Source: Chloroflexaceae bacterium
Lineage (GTDB): Bacteria; Chloroflexota; Chloroflexia; Chloroflexales; Chloroflexaceae
Direction: 5' to 3'
NCBI GenBank assembly: GCA_034431835.1
Contig: DAOUDA010000060.1
Span: 2,106 to 66,105 of the forward strand
Length of the DNA stretch: 64,000 bases
Under the pieces are notes generated by a model that saw only the letters and a list, made by a program, of their open reading frames with translations, was not told the DNA's origin and made no database searches. Shown here in pieces: positions 34,331-42,313 of this stretch. A program made the position numbers and the translations under genes. Within the stretch, counting starts at the first letter, position 1. Each line of letters opens with the position of its first letter.

Positions 34331-37300
34331 CTAGGCCCCCCCGCGCCCCTCCGTGACCATCACGCGTTCCGGCCCCAGCACCTGCCGCAACGCCTCGAGC
34401 AACCCCGGCGACACGGCGATCGTATGCTGTGATTCCAGAACTACCGTGCCCACGCCGTTGGGCAGGTAGAGCGTCACCTGATCGGGACCGGCGCTCTCGC
34501 GCAGCACGCTGTACACGTCCTGCATGCGCCGCACGTCACCCTCGTGGTCGCCGGTGCGGGGCAAGTAGAGCCGCAGGGTTCGCCCGGCAACCGGCAAGCG
34601 GGTAGCTGTGTCGTGGTGATGGCCATTGCCACTCATAGCGTGCCCTCTTCCCTGATCGTGGCCATTGAGCTTCACCTGTCGCCGGGCGCGAGCGGGCGCG
34701 GCCGTCGCCGCGGGCGGGGGGGCGACGGGCGGCAGCGTCTCTGGCAGCGTTGCCGCTTCAATGACCGCCGGCATCGGCTCCGGCGCCTCGCCAATACCCT
34801 CCAGGTCCATCTCACTGGGCGCGATGATCGGCGCCGCCTCCGGGGCCGCGGTGACCATCTCGACCGTTTCGACCACCAACTGGGTCGTGTCGCGGCGGTT
34901 ATCAACCCGCGCGGTGACCTTCACCGCGGCGTCGTCGCGCAGCAGATCGCCATACCTCGCCAGCGTCCTGGGGAAGGCGACCAGTTCGATCGCGCCGGTG
35001 AGATCCTCGAGATTGGCAACCAGCATCGCCTCGCCCTTCTTGGTGGTGATGCGACGGACGCCGCTCAGCACCCCGACGAACGTCATCAGCGTGTTGAGGT
35101 TCTCCTCGGTAATATCGCCCAGGTCGCTCACCCCGGCGCGATCGACCCCCTCAAGCGCCCGCGCAACCGGGTCGGCGGAGAGGGTGAGGCCCAGCAACTC
35201 CTTTTCCCAGAGCAGTTCTTCCTTGGTTTCGGCGGCGGTGGTGAGAATGGAAGGCATGGGGATACGCGGCACGCGCAGGCTGGCCGCCCCGCCGCTCTGC
35301 TCCCCGAAGACATCGAACAGGGAACTCTGGCCGATCTCGCGGGCCTTCTGGGCCTCGGCGCCGGCGCTCACCGCCTGGTCGAGGATGGCCAGTTTCTGGC
35401 GGCGCGAGCCGGGGAGCGCGTCGAGGGCGCCGGCCTTGATCAGGCTCTCCAGCAGCCGCTTGTTGAGCGCGTGGCGATCCACCCGCGCGCACAGATCTTC
35501 GAGCGACTGGAACGGGCCGTTGGCCTCGCGTTCGGCGATGATCGCCTCGACGGGTCCCTCGCCCACATTTTTGATCGCCGCCAGGCCGAAGCGGATGCCG
35601 CGCTGGTAGGTCACATCGGGCGGCAGGGGTTGGCCAGGGTCCAGGGGTTCAATGGTGAAGCCCTTGTGCGAGCGATTGACATCGGGGCCAAGCACGGCCA
35701 CACCGAGGCGGCGCGCCTCCAGAGCCGCCCTGGTCACATCCTCGAGCACGCCGCCCGCGCCGGTGAGCACGGCGGCCATGTACTCCACCGGGTAATTCAC
35801 CTTCAGCCAGCAGGTCTGATAACTGAGCAACCCGTAGAGGGTGGCGTGCGGACGGTTGAAGGAATAGCCGGCGAAGGGCAGGATCAGTTCCCACAACTGG
35901 TCGGCGATCTCCTGGCTGATGCCCTGTTTCAAGCACCCCGCCTTAAAGATCGCCTCGTGCTCGGCCATCAGGGCCTTGTTCTTCTTGCTGATGGCCTTGA
36001 TGACAATGTAGGCCTGGCCCAGGGTGTAATCGGCCACCGTCTGGAGCAACTGCATAATCTGCTCCTGGTAGACGATCACCCCGTAGGTGTCTTCGAGGAT
36101 CGGCTCAAGGATCGGATGCAGATAGCGGATCTGCTCGGGATGGTGCTTATTGTGAATATAGACCGGGATCTGCTCCAGGGGGCCGGGGCGATAGAGCGCC
36201 ACCATGGCGTAGAGATCCTCGACGCGGGTGGGTTTCAACTGCATCAGGTAGCGGGTCATGCCCGGCGACTCCAACTGGAAGACGTTGCGGGTTTCGCCGC
36301 GGCTGAGGCTCTCGAAGACCTTCGGATCATCGGTGGGAATATCATCGAGCCACATGTGCCGCCCGGTGGTCTGCTCGATGTACTTGAGGGCCTCGGCCAC
36401 CACCGAGAGGTTGGTGAGGCCGAGGATATCCATCTTGAGCAGGCCCATCTTGGCGAGCGTGGGGCCCTCATAGGCGGCCATCAGGGCGTTTTCGTCCTTA
36501 GTGGTGCGCTGGAGGGGCACGATCTCTGCCAGGGGCGTGCGGCTGACCACCACGCCGCAGGCATGGGTGCCCACCGAGCGCATGCGCCCCTCGACCCGCT
36601 GCGCGGCGTCGATCAGCTCGCGGAGTTCCGGCTGCGTCTTGTAGATCTGCTTCAACTCCGGCACCCGCTCCAGCGCCTGGGCGATGGTGATCCCGACGGG
36701 CAGGGGCGGGATCAGCCTGGCGACCCGGTCCACCTCACCGAGCGGCAGATCGAGGACACGGCCCATGTCGCGCAGGGCCGCCTTGGCCCCCAGGGTGCCG
36801 TAGGTGATGATCTGGGCCACGTTCTCGCGCCCGTACTTCTGGGTCAGATAATCGAGGATCTCCTGGCGGCGCGAGTCGGCGAAGTCGGTGTCAATATCGG
36901 GCATCTCCAGACGCTCGCGGGAGAGGAAGCGCTCGAAGAGCAGCTTGTTCTTCACCGGGTCCACATCGGTAATGCCCAGGCAGTAGAGCACCAGCGAGGC
37001 CCCCGCCGAGCCGCGGGGCAGGCAGGGGATGCCCCGCGAGCGGGCGTATTTCACGTAGTCCCAGACGATCAGCATGTAGTCGGGGAAGCCGGTGGCGTTG
37101 ATCACGTCCAGTTCATCGCGGAGGCGGGTGACGTAGTGCTCGGGCGGGTTGCCGTTGAAGCGCCGCATCAAGCCCTCCTCGCACACCAGGCGGAGGTAGG
37201 AGGCGGCATCGTGCCCCTCGGGCAGATCGAACTGCGGCAACTGCACGCGCCCGAAGTCCAGCTTCAGGTTGCACATCTCGGCGATGCGGCGGGTATTCTC

Positions 37301-38107
37301 CAGCGGCGCCGTGCCGTAGCGCTTGAACTTCTCCCACATCTGCTCGCCAGACATGATGTGGTAGCTCTCGTCCATGGCGTAGTCTTTGGCGCAGAACTCA
37401 CGGTAGGTGAGGTTCATGCCCATCGCCATGACCATGTGCTGGGTAGTGCGATCCTCGGGGCGCACGAAGTGGGTGTCGTTGGTCACCACCATGGGGATGC
37501 CCAGTTCACGGCTCATGCGCACCAGTTCGTCGTTGATGCCCTCGAGTTCAGGCGTATTGTCGTGGAGTTGCAGTTCCAGGTAGTAATTCTCCGGCCCCAG
37601 GAGATCGCGGAAAAAGGCCGCCGTCCGGCGCGCCTCATCGGCCTGATGGGCCTGGATCTGGCTGATCACCTCGCCAGCGATGCACGACGAGGTAACGATC
37701 AGGCCCTCGTGGTACTGCTCGAGCAGCGCGCGGTCAATGCGCGGGCGGGCGAAGACGCCCTTGCCCATCCCGTCGAGGTGGGCGCGAGTGGTGAGCCGGA
37801 CAAGGTTGCGATAGCCGATCTCATTCTTGGCAAGTAAGAGGAGATGATAGTAATTCTTCCCGCTACGGACCATGGGATCGCTGCGCGATCCCGGGGCCAG
37901 ATAGGCTTCCATGCCGATGATCGGCTTGACGCCGGCCTTCTTCGCCGCCTCGTAGAACTCCATGGCGCCGTACATCACGCCATGATCGGTGAGCGCAATG
38001 CTATCCATGCCCAGTTCGGCCGCCCGGGCGGCGATCGCCGCCGTGGAGGCGTAGCCGTCCAGCAGGCTGTACTCTGAGTGGACGTGCAGGTGGACGAAGT
38101 CCTTCAT
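34331..38107 (-). CDS. dnaE: DNA polymerase III alpha subunit
   Basis: PHP domain FVHLHVHSEYSLLDG. Palm and fingers strings (PDIDTDF, GLLKMDILGL, YRPGP) and an OB region. 1258 aa with a Pro/Ala-rich linker and an extra C-terminal ~90-aa domain. Confidence 0.95.
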   Translation of the reverse strand: MKDFVHLHVHSEYSLLDGYASTAAIAARAAELGMDSIALTDHGVMYGAMEFYEAAKKAGVKPIIGMEAYLAPGSRSDPMVRSGKNYYHLLLLAKNEIGYRNLVRLTTRAHLDGMGKGVFARPRIDRALLEQYHEGLIVTSSCIAGEVISQIQAHQADEARRTAAFFRDLLGPENYYLELQLHDNTPELEGINDELVRMSRELGIPMVVTNDTHFVRPEDRTTQHMVMAMGMNLTYREFCAKDYAMDESYHIMSGEQMWEKFKRYGTAPLENTRRIAEMCNLKLDFGRVQLPQFDLPEGHDAASYLRLVCEEGLMRRFNGNPPEHYVTRLRDELDVINATGFPDYMLIVWDYVKYARSRGIPCLPRGSAGASLVLYCLGITDVDPVKNKLLFERFLSRERLEMPDIDTDFADSRRQEILDYLTQKYGRENVAQIITYGTLGAKAALRDMGRVLDLPLGEVDRVARLIPPLPVGITIAQALERVPELKQIYKTQPELRELIDAAQRVEGRMRSVGTHACGVVVSRTPLAEIVPLQRTTKDENALMAAYEGPTLAKMGLLKMDILGLTNLSVVAEALKYIEQTTGRHMWLDDIPTDDPKVFESLSRGETRNVFQLESPGMTRYLMQLKPTRVEDLYAMVALYRPGPLEQIPVYIHNKHHPEQIRYLHPILEPILEDTYGVIVYQEQIMQLLQTVADYTLGQAYIVIKAISKKNKALMAEHEAIFKAGCLKQGISQEIADQLWELILPFAGYSFNRPHATLYGLLSYQTCWLKVNYPVEYMAAVLTGAGGVLEDVTRAALEARRLGVAVLGPDVNRSHKGFTIEPLDPGQPLPPDVTYQRGIRFGLAAIKNVGEGPVEAIIAEREANGPFQSLEDLCARVDRHALNKRLLESLIKAGALDALPGSRRQKLAILDQAVSAGAEAQKAREIGQSSLFDVFGEQSGGAASLRVPRIPMPSILTTAAETKEELLWEKELLGLTLSADPVARALEGVDRAGVSDLGDITEENLNTLMTFVGVLSGVRRITTKKGEAMLVANLEDLTGAIELVAFPRTLARYGDLLRDDAAVKVTARVDNRRDTTQLVVETVEMVTAAPEAAPIIAPSEMDLEGIGEAPEPMPAVIEAATLPETLPPVAPPPAATAAPARARRQVKLNGHDQGRGHAMSGNGHHHDTATRLPVAGRTLRLYLPRTGDHEGDVRRMQDVYSVLRESAGPDQVTLYLPNGVGTVVLESQHTIAVSPGLLEALRQVLGPERVMVTEGRGGA

Positions 38108-38575
38108 GGGTCCTCACCCTCTCTGACGGGGGGCGCCTCTAAAAAGTGTTTACAGTTAAATTGGGTCGTAGACGTTCTGGAGATAGGTAAAACGTATGTT
38201 TTCCACAATGCGCTGTCAGAAGATCCGCATTGCAATCGCATGAATAAACATAACGAACGGTGCGAACAGGTATTCGACGCGCGGCTTCCATTATAGCACA
38301 GGGCCGGCATGCGTAAAGAGTGTAAAAGGTGAAAAGCAGGTTGCGGTCTGGTTCGTGTCTCGCGGCGGGGTGAGGGCGGCTACACTGCTCTGGAGGGGGC
38401 TATGCAATTACCCGCATATCGGGGAGGGGCAGCTCCAACCTCCCTGCCCGTCTGAACGGGCAGGAGCGACCGGCCGGTCACCGCTGCCGTTGCGCGGCGA
38501 CGCCCGACGCTCCGCCGGCGCCGGTCCCGTCGCCGCATGCGGCATCCGGACGCGCTCCTGCGGAACAGCACATCC

Positions 38576-38610
38576 GGCAATCCAAAATCCCAAATCCAAA
38601 ATCCAAAATC
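38576..38610 (+). repeat. 7-nt periodic array (CAAAATC-type)x5
   Basis: GGCAATC CAAAATC CCAAATC CAAAATC CAAAATC, 5 nt from the FtsX-permease stop. Confidence 0.9.
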
Positions 38611-38614
38611 GACA

Positions 38615-39865
38615 TTACTCGTACCGCAGCGCCACCAGCGGGTCGAGGCGCGCGGCGCGCGCGGCGGGGTAGAGGCCGGCCACGATCCCTACCAGGGCCG
38701 CGAAGGCCAGCGCCGCCAGGGCCAGCCACCATGGGGTGACGAAGAACGTGCCTTCGACCGGCAGCCGTTCCCGCGCGATGTACCAGTTGATCACCTGGTT
38801 GAGCAGAATACCGATCAACCAGCCGCCGATGATGCCGATCGCGCCGCCGATCAGCCCGATCAGTCCCGCCTCGAGCATGAAGATGCTGCGGATGTCGCCG
38901 CGCGAGGCGCCGATCGCTTTCAACGTGCCGATTTCGCGGGTCCGCTCGTAAATGGCCATGATCATCGTGTTGACGATGCCCAGGCTGGCCACGAACAGCG
39001 CCAGCCCGCCTACCGAGGCCAGCATGACGTTGATCACCGCGAAGACGCGGTTGGCCTGCTGCAGGATGAGTTCAAGCGATTGCACCCGGAAGCCCTCGCT
39101 CCTCAGGGCGCGCACCAGTTCGGCCGCCGCCGCCACGTCGCTGGCCCGGATCACCGCCTCGTCGTAGCCGTAGCGCTCCAGGTAGTCGGGAGCGTTGAAC
39201 CACCAGGCTTTCATCGCCGCCATATCGGCGGCGCTCGCCTGCACCTCGTTGTCGGCCCCGTCACTCACGCCCGCCACGGTGAACAGGAAGCGTTCGGTTT
39301 CGCCCCGCGGGCTGCGCAGCACAATCGCCACCTCACGGCCCACCAGTTCCTCGGGGCGCGTGCCCGGCGGCAGGCTCCCCGCCGCCAGCACCACCTGCCC
39401 GGCCTGCTCCAGCGGGCCGAGCGCGCCGGCCAGGGCCGCCGGCGGCGCGCGGAAGGGGTTGGCGATCAGGTCCAGCCCGGTGACCCGCACGGGCCGCGCC
39501 CCGCCGTCCGGGAACTCCAGGAGCGTCGTCACCTGGTCCAGGTTCACCCGCGTGGTCACTCCGCGAACGCCGGGCAGTCGCTCCCAGCGGGCCGCCACCT
39601 CCGGCGTGATCGGCTGAGCGGGCAGCGGGGGGCCGAACTGGGTGAAAAAGTCCTGTTCCTGCTGCTGGCCAGGACGCACAAAGACGTTTTCCAGCCCCAG
39701 GGCGGCGAACTGGTCGCGGATCTCGCGCTGCACCCCCACGCCCAGCGAGACCATGGTGACAATCGTCAGAATGCCCACGATCACCCCGGTCGAGGTCAGG
39801 GCCGTGCGTACCTTGCGCCGGCCCAGGTTCTCCAGGGCCGTCCGTAACATATCTTGAAAGGTCAT
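38615..39865 (-). CDS. ABC-type permease, MacB/FtsX family (no adjacent ATPase)
   Basis: N-terminus ALENLGRRKVRTALTSTGVIVGI (MacB/LolE type), a large periplasmic domain, and a C-terminal FtsX 3-helix bundle (LKAIGASRGDIRSIFMLEAGLIGLIGG). ATG 39865 follows GAGGAGG. Confidence 0.8.
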   Translation of the reverse strand: MTFQDMLRTALENLGRRKVRTALTSTGVIVGILTIVTMVSLGVGVQREIRDQFAALGLENVFVRPGQQQEQDFFTQFGPPLPAQPITPEVAARWERLPGVRGVTTRVNLDQVTTLLEFPDGGARPVRVTGLDLIANPFRAPPAALAGALGPLEQAGQVVLAAGSLPPGTRPEELVGREVAIVLRSPRGETERFLFTVAGVSDGADNEVQASAADMAAMKAWWFNAPDYLERYGYDEAVIRASDVAAAAELVRALRSEGFRVQSLELILQQANRVFAVINVMLASVGGLALFVASLGIVNTMIMAIYERTREIGTLKAIGASRGDIRSIFMLEAGLIGLIGGAIGIIGGWLIGILLNQVINWYIARERLPVEGTFFVTPWWLALAALAFAALVGIVAGLYPAARAARLDPLVALRYE

Positions 39866-39881
39866 GGCCCGGGCTGCCTCC

Positions 39882-42059
39882 TCACTGGCTTGCCAACCCA
39901 ATGCTGGCGAGTTGATGGTGTGCGGGGCGAGCGTCGCCCTCCCCCGCCCCCTCCCATCCATGCGCGTTATCTTCGAGGACATTGCGGTCGTTGCGCGCCT
40001 GTCGGGGAACGGTGCGCACTTCCGCCCAGTCCAGGAACACGCCGAGTTTGCGGCCATCAGGAGCGGTGAAGGTCGGGCTGCGCAGGGCGATCTCGTTGCT
40101 CGCCGCGGGGAGCAGCACCCGCACGGTGCGCCACTGCTGATCCAGCACTGCGCGGGCACACCGCTCTCCGGCACAGATCTGCAGCGGCACCGCCTTGCCA
40201 TCGGGCCAGGGCGCCATGACCCGCAGGGTCAATAGACCCGGCACGGACGCTCCGCTTCCCAGGCGCAGCCGCCCGTCACCGCCGGTCCAGCGGCCAGTGG
40301 CCCGATGGACCCGTTCCGCCGGATGGACCTGGCCCACGTAGCCGAAGTCCAGCCCGTTACCGAGATCGATCGCCGTGGCAGGGCGGGGGCGAAGGAAGCG
40401 GTAGCTCCAGTCGGTGAGCCGGCCCGGATCGAGGTAGCGCCCCTCGAAGGCCCTGCGGGCCTCATCGGCGCGCCCCCGCTCGCGCAGCAAGTCGCCGCGA
40501 CGGGCGCTGGCGGCGGGGTAGGGGCCGGCCAGGGCAAAGGCCAGGTCGTAGGCTTCGGCGGCCCCATCCAGGTCGCCCCGGCGCCGCCGCAGGTCGCCGA
40601 GGACCAGCCAGCCATCGGGGGTTTCGTTGGCCGCCAGGGCCGCCAGGTAGGCGCGCTCCGCGGCCTCGAGCCGGCCCGCCGCCGCCAACCCGTCGCCGGC
40701 CCAGCGGTAGAGGCTGCGCGGCGTTCCCTCCAACGCCCACGACCATGGGTAGTAGCCAGGCAGCGGCAGGAGCGCCAGCGCCAGGGGCGCCGCCACCGCC
40801 AGGCCGGGCAGGGGGCGCGGCCGCGCCCCGCGCAGCAACGCATCGGCGCCGACGCCTGCCAGCGGGAGCAGGGTGATGAACAGAAAGTGCCGGTAACGCC
40901 CCTCGGCGTGCGTCAGCAGCGTCACGGTGATGCACAGCGCCATCCACAGGGCCAGCAGGATGGCCAACCCATCGCGCCGTGCCAGCCCATGCGCCAGACC
41001 GAAGCCGGCCAGGAGCAGTACGAGCAGGTAGAGCAAGTCATCGAGGAGCAACCCCGCCAGGAACACCGCCGGTGGCGGGTCGGCGTAGTAACTGGGCAGC
41101 AGAAAGCGGTCCTGAATGATTTTCACCGCCCAGAGGCGGCTCCACTCCACCGGCAGCTTGCGCAGCAGGATGGAGGGGTCCTCGCGCAGGCGCGCCAGTC
41201 CGCGTCGCGTGGCCTCGCTGGCCCGCGCCACGGGGTCGGGGATGGCTTCGAGGCTGCGGTTAATCGTGCCCAGGTCCTCACGCGGCTCGTAGAAGGCCCA
41301 CAGGTTGTACGCAAAGCCCGTCTCGACCAGGACGCAGGCCGAATAAACCCGGCAGTTCCGGAGCGTCCACGGCGCGATCACCAGCGCGGCGCAGACCGCC
41401 GGCAGCAGGGCCGCCAGGGCGCCGCGCGGCCAGGACCAACCCCTGCGCCGCATGGCGACGCTGGCGACCCACAGCATCAACGCGGGCAGAAACACCAGCG
41501 CAGCCGAACGGGTCAGGCTGGCGAGCCCAAACAGCACGCCGGCCAGCGCCAGCCGCCATACGCCTCCGCTACGCCGCCAGACCGCCAGGGCCAGCAGCGT
41601 GCCGCCGAAGAGCAGGCTGAAGAGCGTCTCGCTCATGTACAGACTGGCGAAGGTGGCGTTGGTCTGGAGCAACGCCGCGGCGATGGCCGCCAGCAGCGCC
41701 GCCCGCTCGCCGCCAGCGGGCGCCAGTTCGCGGGCCAGCCGGTACACCAGGTAGACCACCGCAACACTGGCGGCGATGTTCGGCAACGCGGCGCGCTGCA
41801 GATCGCCGCCAGCCAGCCAGAGGCTGCCGGCGAGGAACAGCGGGTAGAGTGGCGCGCGCAACCAGCGCCACTCCGCGTAGAATGACCATCCCTGGCCGGC
41901 GAGCAAGTCGCGGGCCACACGCAGGTACTCAACCTCGTCGTTGGCCGGTTCATGTAACGGCTGCGCCCAGAGGAGCAGGCGCCAGCCCAGAGCCAGCAGC
42001 AGGATCAGCAGCAGTGGCGCCACCTGTGCCAGGCGCCGGCTGGAGATTGATGATTTCAC
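39882..42059 (-). CDS. GT39/PMT_2 (ArnT/Pmt-like) GT-C glycosyltransferase fused to TPR repeats and a C-terminal ~115-aa module
   Basis: The first-loop acidic motif HEPANDEVEYLRVARDL follows TM1. ~11 TM helices. TPR-like region (GRLEAAERAYLAALA..GDLDGAAEAYDLAFA..GRADEARRAFE). C-terminal module 39990-40382 (FGYVGQVHPAE..GRWTGGD..RKLGVFLDWAEV). GTG start. Confidence 0.75.
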   Translation of the reverse strand: MKSSISSRRLAQVAPLLLILLLALGWRLLLWAQPLHEPANDEVEYLRVARDLLAGQGWSFYAEWRWLRAPLYPLFLAGSLWLAGGDLQRAALPNIAASVAVVYLVYRLARELAPAGGERAALLAAIAAALLQTNATFASLYMSETLFSLLFGGTLLALAVWRRSGGVWRLALAGVLFGLASLTRSAALVFLPALMLWVASVAMRRRGWSWPRGALAALLPAVCAALVIAPWTLRNCRVYSACVLVETGFAYNLWAFYEPREDLGTINRSLEAIPDPVARASEATRRGLARLREDPSILLRKLPVEWSRLWAVKIIQDRFLLPSYYADPPPAVFLAGLLLDDLLYLLVLLLAGFGLAHGLARRDGLAILLALWMALCITVTLLTHAEGRYRHFLFITLLPLAGVGADALLRGARPRPLPGLAVAAPLALALLPLPGYYPWSWALEGTPRSLYRWAGDGLAAAGRLEAAERAYLAALAANETPDGWLVLGDLRRRRGDLDGAAEAYDLAFALAGPYPAASARRGDLLRERGRADEARRAFEGRYLDPGRLTDWSYRFLRPRPATAIDLGNGLDFGYVGQVHPAERVHRATGRWTGGDGRLRLGSGASVPGLLTLRVMAPWPDGKAVPLQICAGERCARAVLDQQWRTVRVLLPAASNEIALRSPTFTAPDGRKLGVFLDWAEVRTVPRQARNDRNVLEDNAHGWEGAGEGDARPAHHQLASIGLASQ

Positions 42060-42152
42060 ACCGGCATGATAGCGCAGAAATGCCAGACATTCTACGGCAA
42101 CTCAGGTCTAGCAGTCCTCTTCAGGTTGTGAAGCCCGGAGTATCAGACGTAC

Positions 42153-42184
42153 CCGTAAAGACGCAGCGCGCTGCGTCTTTACGG
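42153..42184. repeat. perfect 32-bp palindrome
   Basis: CCGTAAAGACGCAGCG|CGCTGCGTCTTTACGG, between the giant-gene terminator and the GT39/TPR gene start. Confidence 0.9.
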
Positions 42185-42193
42185 ACGGTCGCT

Positions 42194-42221
42194 GTTGAGA
42201 GATGACGTAGGACTGCTATAT
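42194..42221 (+). repeat. 28-bp direct repeat, left copy
   Basis: GTTGAGAGATGACGTAGGACTGCTATAT, matching 49479-49506 at 25 of 28 positions. Confidence 0.85.
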
Positions 42222-42242
42222 GCACCATACCATGTCGAAGAT

Positions 42243-42275
42243 AAAAAAGTCTGGGAGGGCGCAACCCTCCCAGAC
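42243..42275 (-). terminator. intrinsic terminator of the 1590-aa protein gene
   Basis: The minus strand reads GTCTGGGAGGG-TTGCG-CCCTCCCAGAC followed by TTTTTT, 39 nt after the stop at 42314. Confidence 0.8.
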
Positions 42276-42313
42276 CCGCCCCGGCGCGCGGGGAAACGGG
42301 GCTTCCGCCCCCC

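Noticed and set aside
34544-37837. 1097-aa ORF antisense to dnaE. Similar long antisense or off-frame ORFs include 358-1800(-), 2202-3503(-), 6601-8067(-), 8982-10658(+), 15409-16806(-), 19170-21305(+), 21607-22740(-), 40305-41885(+) and 44327-46627(+).
   Set aside because: In DNA with about two-thirds G+C, stop codons are rare in non-coding frames. These translations are Arg/Gly/Ala/Pro/His-rich low complexity with no recognisable motif. The overlapping frames carry unambiguous family signatures (PHP domain, CxxxCxxC, Calx-beta, molybdopterin 4Fe-4S and others).
38576-38610. The short periodic arrays (7-nt, 8-nt, 16-nt, 24-nt) considered as CRISPR arrays.
   Set aside because: The units are directly abutting with no spacers and are far shorter than CRISPR repeats (7-24 nt with 2-5 copies). 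No cas genes are present.
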